Shown here piece after piece: positions 48,081 through 52,016 of a stretch of 52,016 nucleotides of DNA (position 1 is its first letter; every line of letters begins with the position of its first letter). The notes beneath the pieces were generated by a model. It ran no database searches. It was given only the letters and a program-made list of their open reading frames with translations, and was not told the DNA's origin. Origin of the DNA: Rhizomicrobium sp. (GTDB lineage Bacteria; Pseudomonadota; Alphaproteobacteria; Micropepsales; Micropepsaceae); NCBI GenBank assembly GCA_035517755.1, contig DATIYG010000142.1:1-52016 (forward strand), in the 5' to 3' direction. A program made the position numbers and the translations under genes.

Positions 48081-49283
48081 CTAGTAGAAGAACTGCTGCA
48101 GCTGACTGAAGCCGCTCGGCCCGCCGAACGCCCAGCCCATGCGTTTTGATGGGATGATCGCAGGTGCCGGCTCGCCGATTGCGAAGCTGAAGCCTGTGAT
48201 CGCCTCCACAAAATTTCCCGCCTCGTCATAGACGACGATGGCACTGCCCTGGCTCCCGTCGCAATAGAACTGGTCCGTTACGAGGAACAGCTTGTTGACG
48301 GGATCGATGGCGATGTTCGAGCCGCTGTTCGACTGGGATGTGTCACCGGTGCAGGGCAGCTGGGTGAAGGTGATGCCTTTCCGCGCGTTCAGATCGTAGA
48401 ACTCGACCTGCGCGTTCAGCTCAGTATCGGTCGCGGCGACGCCGGTGTTGGGATCGACGGCAAGGCCATTCACATAGCCCGCGTGGAAGGCGCCATTGTT
48501 GTAGCCGGAGAATTGCTTGATCGCGCCACTCGACAGGTCGATCAGGAAATTCTGCGGGTTGGTGCCGCCCACCGCGCCTCCGTCGGGCGACAGCGCGAAC
48601 ACGGCCTGGTTGGCGGCCGTGTATTGACCGATCACAGGGCCGTTCGACAGCGAGAAGTGGTTGGGATCGAGCTTGATAACATTGCTCACCGTGTTGGCCG
48701 CGACGTCTGAGACGATCAGCACCGGCTTGTCGTCACGCTTGAGCTCGATGGCGTAGATCGCGCTTGTCGACGTGTCCTGATTGGGCGCCACCTGCTGGAT
48801 GTCGATGTCCTTAATGGGCGATGTCCACGGGCCGGTGAACATCTTGCCCGAGACCGGGTTCAGCACCTCGTATTTGCGCTTGGCGAAGATCGTGCCGTTC
48901 GGGACGATGAAGTGTGTCACCAGCCCGACATCGCCCGCCGCGATGGCATCCACCGCATAGGAATTGCGCGTACCGAAATCCTTGGCGAAGGATTTGGTGA
49001 TCTTGCCCGAGTTGGAATTGAACGTCTCGACCGAGACGATCATGTCGCCGTTGCCGTCGACGGTCTGGGCGCTCGCCAGCAGGCCGTCATTGTTGGACTG
49101 GTTCACGTCGAAGCCGAAGATCTGCCCGCTATCCTTCGTGGTGAGGACCGCGCCGAGGCCGACGGTCGTGCCGCGTTTGCCAGTGCCGCGGTCACCGGCG
49201 TCGGCGACCGAGCAAAGGCCAACTGAAACCAGAATCGCAATTGTGCCGGAGAGAAGCGAACCGCGAACCATGGCAATCCCCAC
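48081..49283 (-). CDS. Secreted beta-rich protein, probable beta-propeller
   Basis: Signal peptide ending ADA-G, with blade-like GLAVDPNTG, NIAIDPVNKLFLVTD and IVVYDEAGNFV. Confidence 0.65.
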   Translation of the reverse strand: MGIAMVRGSLLSGTIAILVSVGLCSVADAGDRGTGKRGTTVGLGAVLTTKDSGQIFGFDVNQSNNDGLLASAQTVDGNGDMIVSVETFNSNSGKITKSFAKDFGTRNSYAVDAIAAGDVGLVTHFIVPNGTIFAKRKYEVLNPVSGKMFTGPWTSPIKDIDIQQVAPNQDTSTSAIYAIELKRDDKPVLIVSDVAANTVSNVIKLDPNHFSLSNGPVIGQYTAANQAVFALSPDGGAVGGTNPQNFLIDLSSGAIKQFSGYNNGAFHAGYVNGLAVDPNTGVAATDTELNAQVEFYDLNARKGITFTQLPCTGDTSQSNSGSNIAIDPVNKLFLVTDQFYCDGSQGSAIVVYDEAGNFVEAITGFSFAIGEPAPAIIPSKRMGWAFGGPSGFSQLQQFFY

Positions 49284-49323
49284 ATCGTTGGCGCGTGGGA
49301 AAAGCGTGGCGCGCCGTCAACCT

Positions 49324-50439
49324 TTAGGCAAGCCCGCCGCGCGCGCGGAGCGCAGACTTGACCGTCGTGACAGTTTCGCGAACCGCTTGGCGCTGGCGCC
49401 CGATCCGGATCACGGCGTGCGTCCCGCGTGGGTATTCGCGTGGCAGCGCCGCTACGACCGAGGCAACCTTGGAACTGTCGATCAGGACCGGCTTTCCGTT
49501 GGGCCGCGTGAATTGTATGAGCGCCTTGGCATTGTCGTTGCCGGAGCTCGCGTCAGCGCCCTTGTCGGCCAGATGAGCCGTGATGCTGGCAATGTAGTTG
49601 ACGGTCTCCGCAGGAAGCGAGGCGCCTCTCAGGTGATGCTCCAGCGCGCCAGGGCCGGCATTGTAGGCCGCGAACATCGCCGGAAATCCGTAACGCCCAT
49701 GCAGCAAGTGCAGGTAGGCCGCGCCCGCCATGATGTTGTCGTGTGGATCCTGCGCGTCGGTACCGAGATCATGCGCCTTGCGCATCTCCCTGTAGGTCGC
49801 GGGCATCAGCTGCATGAGACCCACGGCGCCGGCGTGCGATTTGATCGGTTTGTTGTCGCCCGTCATGGTGCGGCCGCCACTTTCCTGCCGCATCACGGCG
49901 CGGATCCATGCTGCGGGCACATTGAAGCGCTGCGAAGCTTCCTCGACGAAGCCATCCCAACGGGACATCAATTGTGAAAAGCCCATGGCCCGCTCCGCCT
50001 TGAATGTCGAAGGCTTCGGCGGCGTCAGCTCCGTCTTGATGGTGGTGAACACCTTCTTGAGCGCGGCCTGCGTCGGGTCCACGGCGAATTTGAGCGCGGC
50101 TCGTGTCGGATCCACGGCGAAGTGGCGGACCGAAGTGATCGCGGGCGTGTAGTTGTCGGGCATATTGGCCCGATGCAACGGAAGCAGGGCCATCGCCGTT
50201 ACCACGACGAGCGCGCGCAGCCAGTTCTGGTTGATGGGCGCGGACTTTTCCGACTCTGCCGCGGCGGTAGCCTGCAGGCGGAGGGTCCGGACCTGTGTGA
50301 AATTGGATCGGGCGGAGTCAAAAGTCAGCGATGGCGTGGCTCTCAACGTCAGAGTCTCCCAAAGTTGATTATTGATTTCGAACGGTCCCGGCTCCGCGAA
50401 CACCAGCGCAGGAGCGGCCGTTGGCCTTTGGCCCAACAT
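49324..50439 (-). CDS. Lytic transglycosylase (SLT domain) with a TM anchor and small C-terminal domain
   Basis: Has the catalytic VMRQESGG, GAVGLMQLMPAT, NIMAGAAYL, AAYNAGPG and ETVNY. The start is uncertain. Confidence 0.88.
   Translation of the reverse strand: MLGQRPTAAPALVFAEPGPFEINNQLWETLTLRATPSLTFDSARSNFTQVRTLRLQATAAAESEKSAPINQNWLRALVVVTAMALLPLHRANMPDNYTPAITSVRHFAVDPTRAALKFAVDPTQAALKKVFTTIKTELTPPKPSTFKAERAMGFSQLMSRWDGFVEEASQRFNVPAAWIRAVMRQESGGRTMTGDNKPIKSHAGAVGLMQLMPATYREMRKAHDLGTDAQDPHDNIMAGAAYLHLLHGRYGFPAMFAAYNAGPGALEHHLRGASLPAETVNYIASITAHLADKGADASSGNDNAKALIQFTRPNGKPVLIDSSKVASVVAALPREYPRGTHAVIRIGRQRQAVRETVTTVKSALRARGGLA
50056..50121 (-). repeat. Tandem 33-nt duplication encoding FAVDPT(R/Q)AALK
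   Basis: Two adjacent in-frame copies, 50056-50088 and 50089-50121. Confidence 0.85.
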
Positions 50440-50461
50440 CGGTTGGACTTTGGTCCAACAT
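50420..50461. repeat. Two tandem palindromic 20-mers, 22-bp period
   Basis: GTTGGCCTTTGGCCCAACAT (50420) and GTTGGACTTTGGTCCAACAT (50442). Confidence 0.75.
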
Positions 50462-50623
50462 GTTGATCGTGGGCGGTCGCGTCAACCCGAAACCGTTCGC
50501 AGCGCCGTCAATGTCGCAGTTTCGGCAAATCAAATGACCGCATAAGCGGCGATCGCGCGCGCGGCAGCGATCAATTGACAACGCGTGGCATTGCACCACG
50601 CGCGAATGCCGCAGGCTTGTGGG

Positions 50624-52016
50624 TTAGTCGAAACGCCCCGAGCGCTTGATTTGATCGCTGACCGGCCGAACAGCCGTGGGACGTTCGCGCGTGAGGCGGA
50701 TTTCATCTGTCTCGTGGCGGATGACGAGATTGTCGCCGGCGCGCAGCGAATATTCGACTTCGCGGATGCCGACCTTCACATCGAGCGTTTGGCCGCGGTA
50801 CGTCACCGGGAATTCGAGCGTCGCATTGTCCTCTGGCGCGCGGTGTGGCCAGAACGACAGCATGCCATCGTCATCGCACATCCCGGCGAGGCCATAGGTC
50901 AGCATCATCCATGTGCCGCCCATGGATGCGATGTGGCAGCCGTCCGTCACATTGCCTCCCACGTCGGCCAGATCCATCAGAAGCGCAGGTACGCCGTACG
51001 CGACCGCCTTGTCCACACAGCCGGTCTGCGCCGCGACAATGGCTTCGACACAGGATGAAAGAGACGAGTCGCCCGTGGTGTAGGGGTCGTAGAACTCGAA
51101 ATTGCGCGCCTTGTCCTCCAGGGAGAACGCTTCCCCCAGCAGGAACATGGCCAGCACGACGTCCGCCTGCTTGATGACGCGCTTCCGGTAGATGTTCAGC
51201 GGATGATAGAATAGCAGGAGCGGGTAGTGATCATCCGGCGTGTTGTCGAAATCCCAGGGCTCCTTGTCGAGAAAGCTGTCGTCCTGCGGCACGATCTTCA
51301 GGGTCTTGTCGTACGGCACGTACATGCTTTCGGCGGCATGGAGCCATGCTTCGATTTCCGACTCTTCCAGGCCGGTCTTGCGAACCAGTGTGCTGTAGGC
51401 GTCGAAAGCCTTCGCGCTCATCGATGCGACTGTTTCCGCCGCGTAACACAGATTCTCCCGCGCCATCAGATTGGTGAACGCGTTGTTGTTGACGACGGTG
51501 TTGTATTCATCCGGTCCGGTGACGGCATTGATGCAGAACTTTCCCTCCCGCCTGTCCGAATAGAACCCCATGCTCAGCCAGAAGCGCGCGGTCTCCACCA
51601 GCATCTCGGCGCCGAAATTCCACAGGAACTCGTCATCGCCCGTGGCGCGGACATATTTGCGCAGCGCGTACATGATGTCGGCGTTGATGTGGTACTGCGC
51701 CGTCCCGGCCGCGTAATAGGCGGACGCTTCTTCGCCGTTAATCGTGCGCCAGGGAAAGGTAGCGCCGCGATGACCGAGTTCCGCCGCACGAAGGCGTGCC
51801 TGCGGCAGCGTCCTGTAGCGGAAGGCAAGCAGATTTCTGGCGATGCGGGGATGATTGTAGATGAGAAACGGCAGCAGATAGATTTCCGTGTCCCAGAAAT
51901 AGTGCCCCTCATAGGCTTGGCCGGTGAGTCCTTTCGCCGGCACACCGGTGTCTTCGGCGCGCGCCGAAGCCTGCAGGATGTGAAAGAGGTTGAAACGGAT
52001 TGCCTGCTGGGTCTCC
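50624..52016 (-). CDS. Glycoside hydrolase family 65 (maltose/trehalose/kojibiose phosphorylase-like), 5' end outside the window
   Basis: Has AKGLTGQAYEGHYFWDTE, GPDEY, KQADV and DSSLS. The frame stays open to the window edge (QQAIRFNLFHILQA). Confidence 0.93.
   Translation of the reverse strand, partial: ETQQAIRFNLFHILQASARAEDTGVPAKGLTGQAYEGHYFWDTEIYLLPFLIYNHPRIARNLLAFRYRTLPQARLRAAELGHRGATFPWRTINGEEASAYYAAGTAQYHINADIMYALRKYVRATGDDEFLWNFGAEMLVETARFWLSMGFYSDRREGKFCINAVTGPDEYNTVVNNNAFTNLMARENLCYAAETVASMSAKAFDAYSTLVRKTGLEESEIEAWLHAAESMYVPYDKTLKIVPQDDSFLDKEPWDFDNTPDDHYPLLLFYHPLNIYRKRVIKQADVVLAMFLLGEAFSLEDKARNFEFYDPYTTGDSSLSSCVEAIVAAQTGCVDKAVAYGVPALLMDLADVGGNVTDGCHIASMGGTWMMLTYGLAGMCDDDGMLSFWPHRAPEDNATLEFPVTYRGQTLDVKVGIREVEYSLRAGDNLVIRHETDEIRLTRERPTAVRPVSDQIKRSGRFD

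Noticed and set aside
1-52016. CRISPR arrays, rRNA, prophage or IS elements
   Set aside because: I found no regularly spaced repeat-spacer array and no recognisable rRNA, phage or transposase sequence.

Overview
This is a GC-rich alphaproteobacterial chromosomal segment. The assignment is inferred from the ssb-gyrA-coaD-cyclophilin-queA-tgt gene order and a GTTC-N7-GTTC LexA-type box. Positions 1-9.5 kb hold housekeeping genes with a few inserted genes and end in tRNA-Lys(UUU). Positions 9.6-39.5 kb form a ~30 kb surface-polysaccharide locus, bounded by a KpsD-like SLBB export protein and by kpsM/kpsT/kpsE-like genes. The locus contains a WbpA/B/D-like 2,3-diacetamido-uronic acid pathway whose WbpE-like aminotransferase lies outside it, coupled to queA-tgt. 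It also has a WecA-like transferase, several GT4/GT9/TPR proteins, three tandem sulfotransferase-fold genes, a heparinase II/III-like protein with eroded motifs, a short-armed HU-like protein, a DUF1800/DUF1501 pair and a DUF6165-like gene. The KpsT-like ATPase has lost its Walker A/B catalytic residues, and one GT4 is split across two genes. Positions 39.7-52 kb are mixed: an outer-membrane barrel, an acyl-CoA hydrolase/transferase, a methyltransferase/ATP-grasp/flavoprotein trio, a secreted beta-rich protein, a lytic transglycosylase and a partial GH65. The best candidate for an undescribed system is an ABC-exported, sulfated, uronic-acid-rich capsule with pseudo-enzyme components. All calls come from motif recognition by eye; no database searches were run.
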